A DNA stretch of 59,393 nt, counting the filler, from Sphacelaria rigidula (Eukaryota), in NCBI GenBank assembly GCA_964200075.2. It is 9 parts of 9 records of this genome, joined end to end, with 100 filler letters (N's around TTAATTAATTAA, not from the genome) between each part and the next. Parts side by side here need not be neighbours in the genome. Positions count along the whole stretch, not along the records: positions 6,612 to 13,122 come from CAXNAA020019633.1; positions 13,223 to 19,733 come from CAXNAA020019634.1; positions 19,834 to 26,343 come from CAXNAA020019635.1; 6 more parts are not named here. One strand, given 5' to 3'. Below the pieces are notes generated by a model. It was not told the DNA's origin and did not search any database. It worked only from the letters and a program-made list of their open reading frames with translations. This document shows, one piece after another, positions 10,246 to 22,410 of this stretch (within the stretch, counting starts at the first letter, position 1; every line of letters starts with the position of its first letter). A program made the translations under genes and the position numbers.

Positions 10246-11719
10246 GTGGGTGTCTCCCGACTATAATGCTGTCAATTTTCATGGCGTGTTCACTCAACTA
10301 CACGCGGCTGCAGAAGTAAAATGAATGGTTGGAGACAGGAATTTTTCGGCGATTCTTCCCGTCTGGAGTGGTTTGGTCAAGAGCGAACTGGCATCTTACC
10401 TACCGGGTCTTTCCGCTATCTCTATGTTGGTTGTTTTTTGTCCGGTGGGTTCATGGCAACTCACGATGTTGAAAACTAAAAATTGTGCAATTCAGTCACT
10501 ACCTGAGACCACAGGAACGCAGTGGTCAGGAAACTTGCCAGCATTACCCAGCATTTCTTCAACGGATAATCCGACTCACCTTGTCTACCACTGATTATGC
10601 TCACCTTCGTACAGCCCCAGATCGTTGAGGTGTATTCGACACGTTGATTCTCAGGCTATAATTTTAGCACAATTGCGTTCATGGAATCCGATGGTCTACG
10701 ATATCCTGGTTTGTAATCCTTTGATGACGGCAAAGCTTCCGCGGGGATCTTCACTCCGGAAGCATTCATACGAAAAAATACGGATGAACGATCGCGTTTG
10801 GAATGAGACGACCAGGAACGTGGACCGCCTCCGAGTCGCAAAATACTAATTAATTGTGACGTCGTCCTTTCGAGGCTACGTTTGCTGATGCAAAAACAAT
10901 CGAGCTAGATATGAGGTGAACGAATGCTCCCGCCGTAAAACTCTCACAGGTTTTCGCAGCCAAACCTTGAAATCGACTACAACCAACGCGCCGACGAATC
11001 TTTGTGTACACCCCGATCCACAAATCCGGAGTCTCCCTTCCTTTTTTTTTTTTGTAAACTTTCAACACCTCCCCTTCCTCGGCACAAGTCCGTAGTCTCA
11101 AGGGATCAACAACCCATTCATCTCCCCCCCGCCCCGAAACACGCATTGCATTTTGGTAACCCGTATTAGATCATGGCCAACACTCTCGTCAAATGAACTC
11201 TTGATGCTTCTCACGTACATCCTCACGTACGTCCTTACAATACCAACCGCGGAAATCAGGTTTTCTTCTCCGAAATACCCGACTACACTTGCCGCAAAAC
11301 GAACCCAAGCTCCTTCGACCTAATGAATTCGGTTGTACCATCAAACTACCGAGGCGCGGCGGAAATATTGCAGCGGGCAAACCCGTGTCGACAATAAGTA
11401 ATGTGACATTGATCCTTATCCAGTGAAAATCTCTAGACCATCACACGCTGACATGTCATTACTTACGAAAAATATTTCCGCGCACCGGTGTGTAGTTGCT
11501 CCTACGGCGGGCCTTCTCTGTACATGTTGCACAAGTTATCCCAAAATAAGGCGTGAAGAGAGGGGGATGAAAAAGGCTGAAGTTCGTTTCCCCGTTTTTC
11601 TCTTAGGGCTCTGTTTAAGAAAAAAAAAAGTAATGTACGTGGCAAGACAAAGTCATGTCCCCATAATACCGATAATGGTAAGCGATGCTAGTTTACAACG
11701 ATTTGTAAGCGATGGCTCG

Positions 11720-12100
11720 ATCGATTGATCAAATGAAGGATTGATTGTCGCACATGAATTGATGCGCTACGAATTCGTTCATGGTCACGAGATAGATGCC
11801 TCCGAGGCAGTGTTACTCAGACGGAAACGCTCGCTCGCGGAAACTCGAGGAGGGGGGCTAAATCAGAATAGAAGGAGGCACGAAATCGACGGAGCCACGT
11901 AACATAGACACAGGGTGAAGAACTAAGAGTGATATCGAGGGGAAAAAAGAAAAAAACGCAACAAGCCCTCGCCAGAGCTTGAGGTGAAGACGCCGTACAA
12001 AACGAGAATGGAATAAAACCGATAATGGCTTGCAACGAACAAAAAAACGCGACAAGAGCAAAATGGTATCATGTAACCTACGTGATCGGATAATACCATT
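11720..12100 (-). mobile_element. 3'-end fragment of a non-LTR retroelement with (AATC)n-like tail
   Basis: GATTGATTGTCGCAC...ACGGAAACGCTCGCT matches the reverse complement of ~22070-22175 and the block at ~12460-12575. Confidence 0.5.
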
Positions 12101-12107
12101 GATCCTT

Positions 12108-12415
12108 CGCACCCCGGTGACGCGACTGATACCCCAATCGTCAGTTAGGACGGGCGGTTGTGGATTTTAAGCCCGAGAGATAATGCGATTTGTCTTGAGC
12201 AGAATCTAATGTTGGCTGTTGAAGGCGTGAGTACGAGAAAGTAGCGAAACATTTCGACAAGAGTCGATGGGGTGGATGCGGGAGTGCTAATCCAATCCTC
12301 GACAACAAAATGTCATGGCCATGTGCCGAGGGGAACCTCGGTTTGATTCCGTGACACTGCAGGCTGATCTCGAGGAAGATAATTTGATGGATGGATGGAT
12401 GGATGGATGGATGGG
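12108..12415 (+). mobile_element. Diverged SINE, family B-related, (TGGA)n tail
   Basis: Shares GCAGAATCTAA, CGTGAGTA, TGCGGGA, ATCCAATCC-CAAAATG and CGAGGAAG blocks in order with 21055-21433; degenerate head. Confidence 0.55.
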
Positions 12416-12424
12416 TTGGTCGAA

Positions 12425-12830
12425 TCAATGAATTAGTTAACCAATGGATGAATGAATAAATAATCGATTGTCCCGCATTAGCTGATCCTCTAGGTCATTA
12501 TCCGGCCGTGGCCTTTAATTATCTACAAGATAGACGTACCGTAAGCAGGGTGAACAAAACGGAAACACTCGCTCGAAACAAATTAAATTGAAAAAAACGG
12601 AGGAGGAGAACAAAATGGAGCAGGCGGAGTGTATTACGGCGCGAAAAACAAAACAAAACGAAACAATGCAAAACAGAAAGAAGAATGGAAATAAAAGGAA
12701 GGAAGGAAGGAAGGAAGGAAGGAGACTAAGGGAAGAAAAGAAGAACGGAAAACCGGTCCCGATGAAAACTGAATGATATGAAAAAAAGGGTGAAAAATAA
12801 CGCAGAAAAACAAAAATGAAGACGGGGGTT
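12425..12830 (-). mobile_element. Second 3'-end fragment of the AATC-tailed retroelement
   Basis: GATTGTCCCGCA...GCCGTGG...ACGGAAACACTCGCTCG followed by a purine-rich low-complexity tract. Confidence 0.45.
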
Positions 12831-13122
12831 TACCCGTAGGTTCTCGCACACGTAGGCCCAAAGTCTCTGAAATCGGTCAAAACCAGCTGCGGGGAGGGTG
12901 AGCTGCTACACATGCTACAGCACACTTTCCCCATCGTAACACACTTGTACCGATGTATGATCCTCCACCCCCCGCCCCCGAAGGTGCTCCGTCTCGAAAG
13001 GGATGCGTAGTCAATGGCCAAACGACTAAGGCAAGCGACAAATGAGTACGCCCCCCCGTGCTATTCCATAGTCATGAGTACACCCCCCCCCCCCCCCCCA
13101 CCTCGGTTAGACACCCATGAGG

Positions 13123-13222
13123 NNNNNNNNNNNNNNNNNNNNNNNNNNNNNNNNNNNNNNNNNNNNTTAATTAATTAANNNNNNNNNNNNNNNNNNNNNN
13201 NNNNNNNNNNNNNNNNNNNNNN
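13123..13222. other. Artificial contig spacer
   Basis: Same 100-bp N/TTAATTAATTAA/N linker. Confidence 0.98.
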
Positions 13223-14564
13223 TTTAGGTCAGGGGAAGCACGGCTTTTGAGTTGAACCTCATTATTTTTTTCAACCCCATTTTCGAAAATCGGCTGTTCA
13301 ACCTTGACCCTTCAGGTGCCCACTGCTAACTGCTCCGAGAGTCCATCATCTGCCATCCCGCCAATTAGGGGAGGATGACAAAACTTCAGGCGCAGATGGC
13401 CGCCAGTAGGTCGGTTCAAGATTACATGGCTGTGGGGAGTGAGGGAGGGAATTCCGAAAACCTCCAGCACATGATCAAAATAGCACCGAACCACACCTGC
13501 AAGCACCACCTACGGAACCTCAACCTTCGATGAGGTAGCCACGCCGTCCAACCGTTCAGCATCAACTGCCTATGTTGGCCACATACGTGTAATAATGCCG
13601 TTGACGAATTCACGGCTATCTTACCGTACAGCTCGACCCTTTGACCGCAAAGAAGTCTACTCGAGTCCATACATGCCACTACACTACTTTATATATAGCT
13701 CGTTGCGTACGGTTGGTCCTACACTTAGGGATGCTAATCGGGGCCAAAAAAGTGAATGGGCTGTTCGAGGAAATCACAACGACCACAGACAAAAATTCCC
13801 CTTTTCCTTTTTTTTCCTGGGATGCTCCGCCCAAATACACTTGTTTCTGCAACTCAATCTCTTGACGGGTTGATCACAGGCGCAGGCGATACCCTCCCTG
13901 TTCACACCCTACACCCTGTTGCTGACCATCCACACGCACCCGATAGCAGTGGCTTTGTCCTCCTGCCTTGAAGGCGAACGCTCTAAATCTTTAAGTATAT
14001 ATATAATTTCCGGCTTACTGATCTAACCGCGGGACGTGCCCTGAAATGGCCACTGCAGTGTGATGTATTGGGGTTGGAAGCACCCAACGCAGCAAACGGC
14101 ACTCGAATCGCACATGTAACCGTGTAGAACCGCCCGGATTAAACTTATTCATCCATGGAGTACGTCCTGAGCAACGCACCGTCCCCAATAAACTCAGGTG
14201 AAAAATAATCACAGCCAGAACGGGCTCGGAGGGAAACGTCGGGGGGCAGATCTGAATCGGTCGCGGAGTGACTTGAGTTCGGTGCGTACGCATGTGCAAA
14301 CATGATACCCGCAGACATTATTTTATGTTGAGGAAAGCTCTGGCGCTTGTGTACACAGCCGCACAAGGAACCAAAGGTGAAAAGCATTGCGTGTACTGGA
14401 GCAGACAACATCATGGTGACCGAATTTGTGCTCTCCTCTTCGTCTGTGGTGTTGACGTAGTGTTGATTGTATTGGTACCGCCATGTTCGCCGCACCGCGT
14501 CTACAGTCTCCGTCCGCTGCGACTTGAGCGTGTACATTGAGAATACACGGACAAATGTCTCTCA

Positions 14565-14663
14565 CCCTCCACTCAACCCAGGGTCGGGCATATGTCTTAT
14601 CGGCATACTTTTCACTTGAAAAGTAAGTGCAAAACCCAGATGACCTAAACAGGGGTCGGAGAG
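14565..14663. mobile_element. Diverged relative of the 98-bp MITE
   Basis: Core TCGGCAT...TTTCACTTGAAAA...CCAGATG shared and similar length, but different termini (...GGGGTCGGAGAG). Confidence 0.4.
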
Positions 14664-17179
14664 TTCAACTTTAGAGCCAGTTATTTGTAGGAAGAGGCGA
14701 CCGTCTCCAGAGATTTTGACTTGAAAAATGAACACAAGACACCCTCCTGGCGATCAAGCGTCACTTTTAGAGCGGGCGGGAGGAGCGACGATCTCCAAAG
14801 GAGTAATCCGATACTCGACGATACCCACAGAAGAAGGGAGGAATGCGGCGGGGGACACAGAGAAGACAACATTGTACTGTACTGCGCTGTACTGAGCTGA
14901 TTGTACTTTGCTGTACGGTGCACTTCGGCTTAGTCTATCTACACAGACAGCAGCCACCGATAATGGGTCAGTTGTGTTTGTATGTGCGAACTATTTACTC
15001 CAAAAATGAATATCCACCGCAACCCAAGGACTTTTTTTGCAACTGGAGGCAGGAAGAGATGACGGTGTCGGAGAGTTTCATGTAGTGTGATCCTTGGTGA
15101 TACCCATAGACAAACGGAACGAACGCAACGGGTGGGACAGAGAAGACAACACTGTACTGTAATGTAAAACATTGTCCTGCTCTTTACTGTGCGTTTTCGA
15201 TCGGCTTTGTCTCGACCTATACAGACGGGCACCCCCAGGACGGGTCATCTGTGTTGCATTGTCACAGTTTTGACGTAAAAATGGATGATGAATAGACCGT
15301 GCCGGCGATGCAATGCAGCAGGGACGTGTGCGTGTCATGGGTGCAGATGGCCTTCTGCGCTTCTTTTCCCAACCGCCGGGCGGCCTATTCGCTTCTTCGC
15401 CGATCTACTTGGCGGATCATTCCCATCTCATTGGCTTGTGCGGTTTTCCCTCAGGAAGGTCCTACACACTCTTCCCAAAACAATTCTATATATTTTGGCC
15501 CCGATTAGCATCTCTAACAGTAAAGATCCCACACTCGTCGCGGTCGAAGACTTCAAACATTGCTGATATCCTGAAAGAAGAAAGCGTTGCTGGTTGTGTC
15601 CAATGCACCAAGAATTGAGACACGCGCCTAGTGCGTGGCAACGCGTGATACACGACCTGGGGGGCCCGCACCCCGATGTTTTCATGTAGCGTCGTCGCTT
15701 TCCCCGAGAGCAATCACTTCGAACTCCCCCTAAACTGGCGGCGTACCGGCGCATGGGCGCCTAAAGCGTTAGCCCTTCGGCCGTCAGGGTAGGCACCTGG
15801 GTCTTACACTCATTTTACAAGCAATAATGACGCCCTACAGGGGTGCGACCAGACGCCGGATTGGTGCCGATGTATGAAAAGTGGCCAGGGTTAGTGAGGT
15901 GGCTGGAGCAAAAGCCGTACATATGGTGAGGGCGAGGGTAACACTGACGAAGGCGGCAGCGCTAGCAGCCCACAATATAACGTGGAAACAAGCAAAGACG
16001 GAGTTGGTGCTCCTGCTGAGCCTCGGCAAGGCGCGGCCGACACCAGATCGAGCGAGGGTATCGATGACAGGACTGTACGGAAGGAAGCGACGGCGGCGCG
16101 GGCGCCGGTGGTTCATACGGCGGTGATCCGAGATGCACCATTAGCTGGAGTGGAAGAGGTTAAGGCAGTGGATTCGTGGTAGGAGGGAATCACTGTAACG
16201 GTAATGCCGGCAACAGCAGTGGCCTGTCGGAGGGATGAAGGGGTGTTGAAGGCACTTCCGGTCCTGCCGGCGGTGGAGAGGAAGACCACAGACGGGGGGG
16301 TGGCGACACGGAAGAAGATGACTGCGTCGTCGCACACAGAGGCGGCGGTGTTGTCGGTGAAACAATAGGTAGAGACAGTAAGGCCAGCAGAGATGAGTTA
16401 GAGAACGGTGAGCTGGTTGCAGTAATGAGATAACGGACGGAAAAGGGGTGGCGGGTGAACACGGATGGAGCTCGCCGCCGCGGGTCGCGGGGGAGAACTC
16501 GCTGGCAAAGGTGTGAGAGGTGATGCGAGCGAACTTGGAACCAGGGAGGGCCGCCACAGTAACAGTACCGGTAGATATAGCGACAGATCAAAGAGAGGTA
16601 AAGCAACTGGGGGTTGTGTAACGCTCCCTGGAGAGCTGACTCTAAGTCACCCCAAGCAAGGGGTAAGGCACGGGGATTGAGGACACCGGGAGCAGCCGGT
16701 GTGCTTCTCGCGAAGGTAGCCACAGCGCCGGAGCCGCCGATGCCGACTGCTTTACTCACAAAGCTCGAAACGTTGGTCACATCATAGAGCGTGCTGCCGG
16801 CAGCGGGCCCCGCAACACGTATGCCACCAACCGCAGCGATGCCACAGGTGGCAACAGAATCGTTGGTAGAGGGGTATACGAATGTAAAGGGGTCAACGTT
16901 GGAGAGGCCGGAAGCGGCTCCGACCCTGCATGTAGAAATGGAGACGACGGAGCTGGTCGGCACGACAAGGTAGGCAGTGGAATCGGTGCCAGCAATAGGA
17001 GAGTCCTTCTCTCCGATTAGAACCATGGTGAAGGTGCCAGAGGCGACTGTACCAGCGCCACCGGTGACTGCGGTGCCTTCTGTCTCGGAGACGGTAGTAC
17101 GAGGTGTGGTAACGGTGGGATAGATGCCTGTACCACTTCAGATGGAGACGGCATTGTCAGAGGAACAACAGCATTAGGC

Positions 17180-18090
17180 ATCCTGACTGGTGAACATTTC
17201 AGCGACCGGGGAGTTGTTCGTGCGGGAAACGTTGCACGTATTCCGTGGCGCAGCCGGTGTCGAAGGTGTGTCTGCTGTTCATGGCAGTCCTACGATCTCC
17301 AATAACCATCGTCCTCCATGATCGGGAAGCCTCGGTAGGTGGCGCACATCACAGGTTCCAGGAAGTAGGGATTGAAGGCTCTGGACGTCGCGGCGATCAG
17401 TACAGTAGAGTCGCTTGCTTGTCGGGCCTTCGTACAAGTAGGCGAGCCAGTTTGTCTGCCCCCGTTCTTGATGACTTTAACCGCGTTGTACTGGACGAAC
17501 TGATCCAATCCGATTGGCGTGCCAACCACCACGCACCCCCCCTCTTCCGCCACGGTCATACCCGCCGCCGCCAGCGCCGCTGCCCGCCGTCCTGTAGGGA
17601 CGCGGTTTCGTGGGGCAACCACCTTCGTCCTGGCGCTTTTAGTATTCACGCCAATGTGAGCTAGCTCCTCTATGGGTTGAGAGATTACCCTCAGCGTCTC
17701 GGCTGTAAGGTCATACGCTGCTACAATTAAGTCGTCGAGGTAGGTCGGCACCTCCGCCCCCAGAATTTGGTGCTGGATCCGGAAGTTGCGTAGGATTGGT
17801 CTGACTGAAAGTCGGAAGAGGACAGGTCTTAGTCGCCTTGTTAGATGCCCCGTGATGACGGAGACGTTCCGTGGTTCGCCAGTGCCCATCTGGAACGTGA
17901 TGCCCGCCGGTGCCTCCCCCCCACACTTGACGGTAAATGGCGTGAACCCCAGGATGCAGTCAGTTACAGTGATATCCCTTCCAGGACTGCCTGCCGCTTG
18001 ACGGCATTGAAGGCATTCGTATAGTTTAGAGCAATGAGCTACGTCGTAGCGTCCGGCAGAACTTGTTTTTGCCATCCGGGCGCGAGACAC
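17180..18090 (-). pseudogene. Degenerate reverse transcriptase of a CRE-like non-LTR retrotransposon
   Basis: Across frameshifts: LIALNYTNAFNAVKRQAVLEGI, a decayed QGD region followed by PVLFRLSVRPIL, TYLDDL, LAHIGVN..K and EGGCVVVGTPIG..FV; motif order is typical of CRE-clade RTs. Confidence 0.75.
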
Positions 18091-19064
18091 TGGGTGGGCT
18101 GGGTAGGCTATGGCCACGGGCGCACAGCGCTGAGATCTCGTCACTGTAATCATTGCAAGAGATCTCTCGTCTGTAAAGAATAGTAAATCTGGCAGCACAT
18201 GGTTCAATTTGGCCACGCGCTGCAGGTCGACCAGTGTGCGTCGTCTACGAGGCCGGGAGACACCGGCCGGGGGTATTACAGGGCCATAAAATAGTACCAG
18301 TACACAATAATTTGATAGTACAGTATAGTAGTACAGCACAAACGGGTACTACTTCAACACGGCCATGCCTGCAGCATTTGGAAATTGACGATTGAGAAAT
18401 GCAGCTGGTGTGCGTCCTCACGAAAGGATTTGAGCCTCGACGCCGCATTGACATCTCTTGACTGCTAATGCGATCAGGTCGTCCGTTCAATCAGTGAGAG
18501 CATCACGTTTAACTTTTTTGCTGGCTGACTGCCGGCCGAACCGGTAGTCCTTCTGCGGGCGTGATCTGTACATCGGAACCGATTAACCATAAAACGCGGA
18601 TACCGTACCCACTACATATATATATCGATATAACGTCGCGTACCATACACCGGCAGCTACCTGTGTATACTCTAATAGGTGACGTTGGATTGCCAGAGGT
18701 GGAGCAGCAGCAGCAGTAGCGAAGAAAGCGCTCGCAACAACGCAAGAGCAGCATAGCTTGCCAGACCCTCGCACGAACGTGCGTATCATTGGATTTACCG
18801 TCATACTGTACTGCACCGGACTTTTGTACCCTATAGAATGCATTTAAGCTGTGCACATGCAACACAGGTACTGTCACACAACAATCAAGTTAACATTGTA
18901 CATATTATCATGTCGCACCGTGTATTCCTTTCTGTCGATTGCAGCCGTGCCTCACCTTTTGGATACTATAGTCGTGCCCACCAGGTTTCCTTCGGGACAA
19001 CGGGTGAACGTACCTTTTCAAAGAGACAAAATAAAACCCTCTGCATATCGGACTTCATCGGATT

Positions 19065-19733
19065 GTGGAACACGCCTCATTATTTACTGTCTGTACACCT
19101 GGACGTTCCAATCGACATCCCCGTCGGAATCTTTACGCACTTTCGAACAACCTCATCCATGATGTTGGCTGTGAAGAAATACTCAAGAAGATGCAATTAC
19201 GACGTGTAGGTGTTACCATGCAGAAGAGGGTAGGCTTCGAGCTGGGCCAGCCTGAATACAGATTCAAACCATCACACTCCTACTTTATCGACGCGAACGA
19301 ATTGGCCCGTGACCCGCACTTTCTTGTTGATAGTCTGATCAAGGGGTAGGCAGAGGCCCATTTACTCAACCATTGGACAGCGAAAGTAGGCCATCTATTG
19401 AATCGACATCAATTTCACTTGAAAAAAGTGTGCGTGGTCCAGATGGACTACGTTCGCGGTCTAAGGGCCCTCCTCAGATACTTTCTCATGGATCAAACGA
19501 CGTTTCGAGTAAATCCCACGACGTATGGAGATATCTCTCGATGACGTTTATTTTGGGATGAACATTTCTTAGAGCACAGGTTGCCAAAGCGATGGATACC
19601 CTCACCTTCGCCGAATTCACCCATCGGGATATGGCGCGCCAAGATCCCACACTACTGTTAACAGCCGATTTTAAAATTTGGGGTTCATACAAAATATGGG
19701 GTTGAAGTGGCATATCTCTCTTGCACGGAAGAC
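19065..19733 (+). pseudogene. Decayed protein-like reading frame of unknown family, interrupted by a MITE
   Basis: Protein-like stretches (HDVGCEEILKKMQLRRV...DANELARDPHFLVDSLIKG; RAQVAKAMDTLTFAEFTHRDMARQDP) on both sides of the 19370-19467 insertion; stops and frameshifts. Confidence 0.25.
19370..19467. mobile_element. 98-bp piggyBac-like MITE, copy 3
   Basis: TCAA|CCATTGGACAGCGA...TTGAATCGACATCAATTTCACTTGAAAAA...CCAGATGGACTAC...TCGCGGTCTAAGGG. Confidence 0.75.
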
Positions 19734-19833
19734 NNNNNNNNNNNNNNNNNNNNNNNNNNNNNNNNNNNNNNNNNNNNTTAATTAATTAANNNNNNNNNNN
19801 NNNNNNNNNNNNNNNNNNNNNNNNNNNNNNNNN
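19734..19833. other. Artificial contig spacer
   Basis: Same 100-bp linker. Confidence 0.98.
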
Positions 19834-20695
19834 GTCTCATGACTATGGCATGCATGATCATGAGTACACCCCTCCCCCGTTTAGCACCCCCAACGATTAT
19901 GCTAGCCGTGGGGCTGGAAGTCCTTCTTTGCTTATACTTTATACGTGTAAATCTGGTTGACGTCAGGGTCGTCTGTTGTTTTTTCGCCATGTTGTTCAAA
20001 ACCACCACGCGTGCGAGCCCCGTGGCGTTGGTACATGCGGCGCTGCTGCCACGTGCGTCAGCTGTGGCTTACCGCTAGTTACATCATTGTTGTTGTTGTT
20101 GTTGTTGTCATTAATATTGTTATTATTACTTCTGCACATTAGCCCGATCTCTCGAACCCGTTGTCATAGGAATCACATCTCGTCTATCTCTGCCGTCATG
20201 TTCCAAGACTTGAGAAACGGAATTTTACGATCATGCTTCTTTTTAATAAGAGGTCCAAGGTCGTCACTCTTTTGAAGAAATTTAAATTTCACTGGGTTTC
20301 ACCGATTCATCGGGGCCGCCACACATTTCTGGTGACCGGCACCCCGAGCAAACTGGTGAAACCGAGCGAAAAGATGAATACCCAGACACCGGTGACCTTG
20401 GGCTCCATGTAGAAACACGTTCGCAAACAATGTTTGCCTCGTTTTGAGAAATGGCCCAAGAAAAATAGGGGCCGAAGATGAAATTGTTCCGGTAATATGA
20501 GGCACACATTGGCCGGGGACCCCGGCAAACAGGTGAAACCGAACGAAAGAAGCAGCACCCACGCCGCGGCCACCTCGGGCTTCATCCGGGAATACCTGCA
20601 CGAACAATTGTTACCCGACTCTTACGGACGGCCTGAGATTGGAGCAACGGGAAAATGTTCCGAGATTGTGGACCATCTATGTCGCGGCTTTGTTT

Positions 20696-21055
20696 TGTGT
20701 GTGTGTGTGCGTGTCGGCGTATTTGCTGCCATCCCATCTATTCTGCACGATAGTGTACACCTTTTCGGCGTTTATGAGCGCATCACCCGGTGTCACACAG
20801 GCGGAAGGTCATCACAGGAGTTTTTCATCCTTTATTATATTCCAATATTCCACCTTCCTAGTGCTTCTCTTCCTTTGTTCGCCACAAGGGTTCAGCGGTC
20901 CCCTTCCCTCGTCGACCGTGAAGTCGAATTTTGTGTACACACGCCGTCGTCGCTCTCCATTGTTGGGCACGATTCAAATCAATCCCAGATCGTGTGGCTT
21001 CACCCAGATTCGAACCCATGTCCCAACCGTCGGAAGGTTTCAAGGTTACCAACTG
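20696..21055 (-). mobile_element. tRNA-derived SINE, family A, head truncated within the A box
   Basis: Homologous to 7667-8031; B box GGTTCGAATC on the minus strand; (CA)n tail; ends at CAGTTGG. Confidence 0.8.
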
Positions 21056-21433
21056 CCGCGCCCCGGTGGTGTAATGGTCCGACTGTCGCCATTAGGGTGG
21101 AGAGGACGAGGGTTCGATTCCCGACGCGTTGGGTTTTTTCTTCGTAGTGCAGTATCTAACTTCCACGGTGGAAAGCGGGAGAACGTGAGTAAAAAGAGTA
21201 GTGCGCTGAGTTTGTTTGACGAGAGTTGACGCGGTGCGGGAATGCTGATGGTCATGATCCAATCCGCGAGACCAAAATGCAAGGTGTGTACCGGGGAGAG
21301 ATGGCTTGATCCCTTGAGACCACGGACTCGTGCCGAGGAAGGGAAGGGGTTCAAAGTGCGACACATAAAATAAATCATGAACAGTAATAACTGAACTGCG
21401 GGACGACCAATTTGTATGTTGTTGTTGTTGTTG
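21055..21433 (+). mobile_element. tRNA-derived SINE, family B
   Basis: GCCGCGCCCCGG, TGGTGTAATGG (A box), GGTTCGATTCC (B box), non-tRNA body and (GTT)n tail. Confidence 0.8.
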
Positions 21434-21439
21434 CTGTAT

Positions 21440-21650
21440 AACCGGGGTAATTACCCCGGTATTACCCATACGCGACAGTCCTGCACATTTTGTAAGTCCC
21501 TCATACTGGTACTTGACAATTCTGTTAGAAACTGTACGAATTTTTTGCCCTTACTTACCCAGGGTACGGGTACTCCCTTGTAGAAATACACCCGGTTGCG
21601 GGTGAGGGTTTCTGTACAACCTCCATACCGACGTTTTCAGAACACAGTAA
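21440..21650. repeat. Dispersed repeat fragment (GGGTACGGGTA/TTCTGT motifs), likely a DNA-transposon derivative
   Basis: Inverted similarity to ~25200-25410 (CCCTTGTAGAA..CCCGGTTGC vs GCAACCGGG..TTCTACAAGGG). Confidence 0.5.
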
Positions 21651-21729
21651 AAGAACTTGAGCACAAATTGCTATACCAGAATAATAATCTCTACACTGAA
21701 ACAAATGTACATAGTGAGAGTTTAAGGAC

Positions 21730-22180
21730 ACGTGGCGACGCGCGAACAAACGAGAATCAGACCGCCGTCACAAGCGAGAGGCTGCTGCCTCGAGGGCCGT
21801 CAGCTGAAGAATCCTGACTGCTCATATCGGTTGTTGATTATGTCCTTAGTCCGTGGCTCTGCGGTGCCCACTGGTGTGTGCCTGTATCTACTCTGCTGCC
21901 CTGAATCCCTTGGGCTTTTTCCTTCTGTTCATAATTTTATTCCATATTATTTTGCTCTTTTTTTTTTTAGGTCGGCCATCTCTTTCTGTGCTTTGCTTTT
22001 GTTGATTTTTTTTTTTTTTCACGTCTTAGTCTACTATGTCGTTTTGTTCGATTTTTTTCTGTTCCTCCTTTCCTTCAGCGAGGGTTTCGGTTTTGCTTTT
22101 CTTGGGAACGTCTGCCATGCGACCACGGCTGGACCCCTGGGAGGTCAGTTCAAGTGCGACAATCAGTCAATCAAATCAAA
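21730..22180 (+). mobile_element. 3'-end fragment of a non-LTR retroelement with AATC tail
   Basis: T-rich 3'UTR-like tract ending GACCACGGCTGG...GTGCGACAATCAGTCAATCAAATCAAA; related copies in contig 2. Confidence 0.5.
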
Positions 22181-22249
22181 ACAGTGGCTGTTGGTAGCCT
22201 GCAGAGGAAATACGACCTCGAGCCTCACGCCATATAAGAGGATTCTTAA

Positions 22250-22348
22250 CATTAGACAGCGAGAGTAGGCTCCCTGTTGAATCAGCGTCTGTTTCACTTG
22301 AAAAAACAGTATGCATAATCCAGATGGACTACCCTCGCTTTTCAAAGG
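22250..22348. mobile_element. 98-bp piggyBac-like MITE, copy 4
   Basis: TTAA|CATTAGACAGCGAG...TTCACTTGAAAAA...CCAGATGGACTACCCTCGC..TCAAAGG|TCAA. Confidence 0.7.
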
Positions 22349-22410
22349 TCAAGTGGTGGTACTTCATAAATATGATTGACTTTCATGAAGGCCATCATAT
22401 TCGGACTCTT

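Noticed and set aside
17290..18339. Intact 349-aa CDS
   Set aside because: The ORF joins non-coding 5' sequence to a frameshifted RT; the NAFN motif is in another frame and the QGD motif is destroyed
21055..21130. tRNA gene
   Set aside because: A and B boxes are present but there is no convincing cloverleaf, and it continues into a repeated body with a simple-repeat tail, so it is a SINE head; the same applies to 7955-8031
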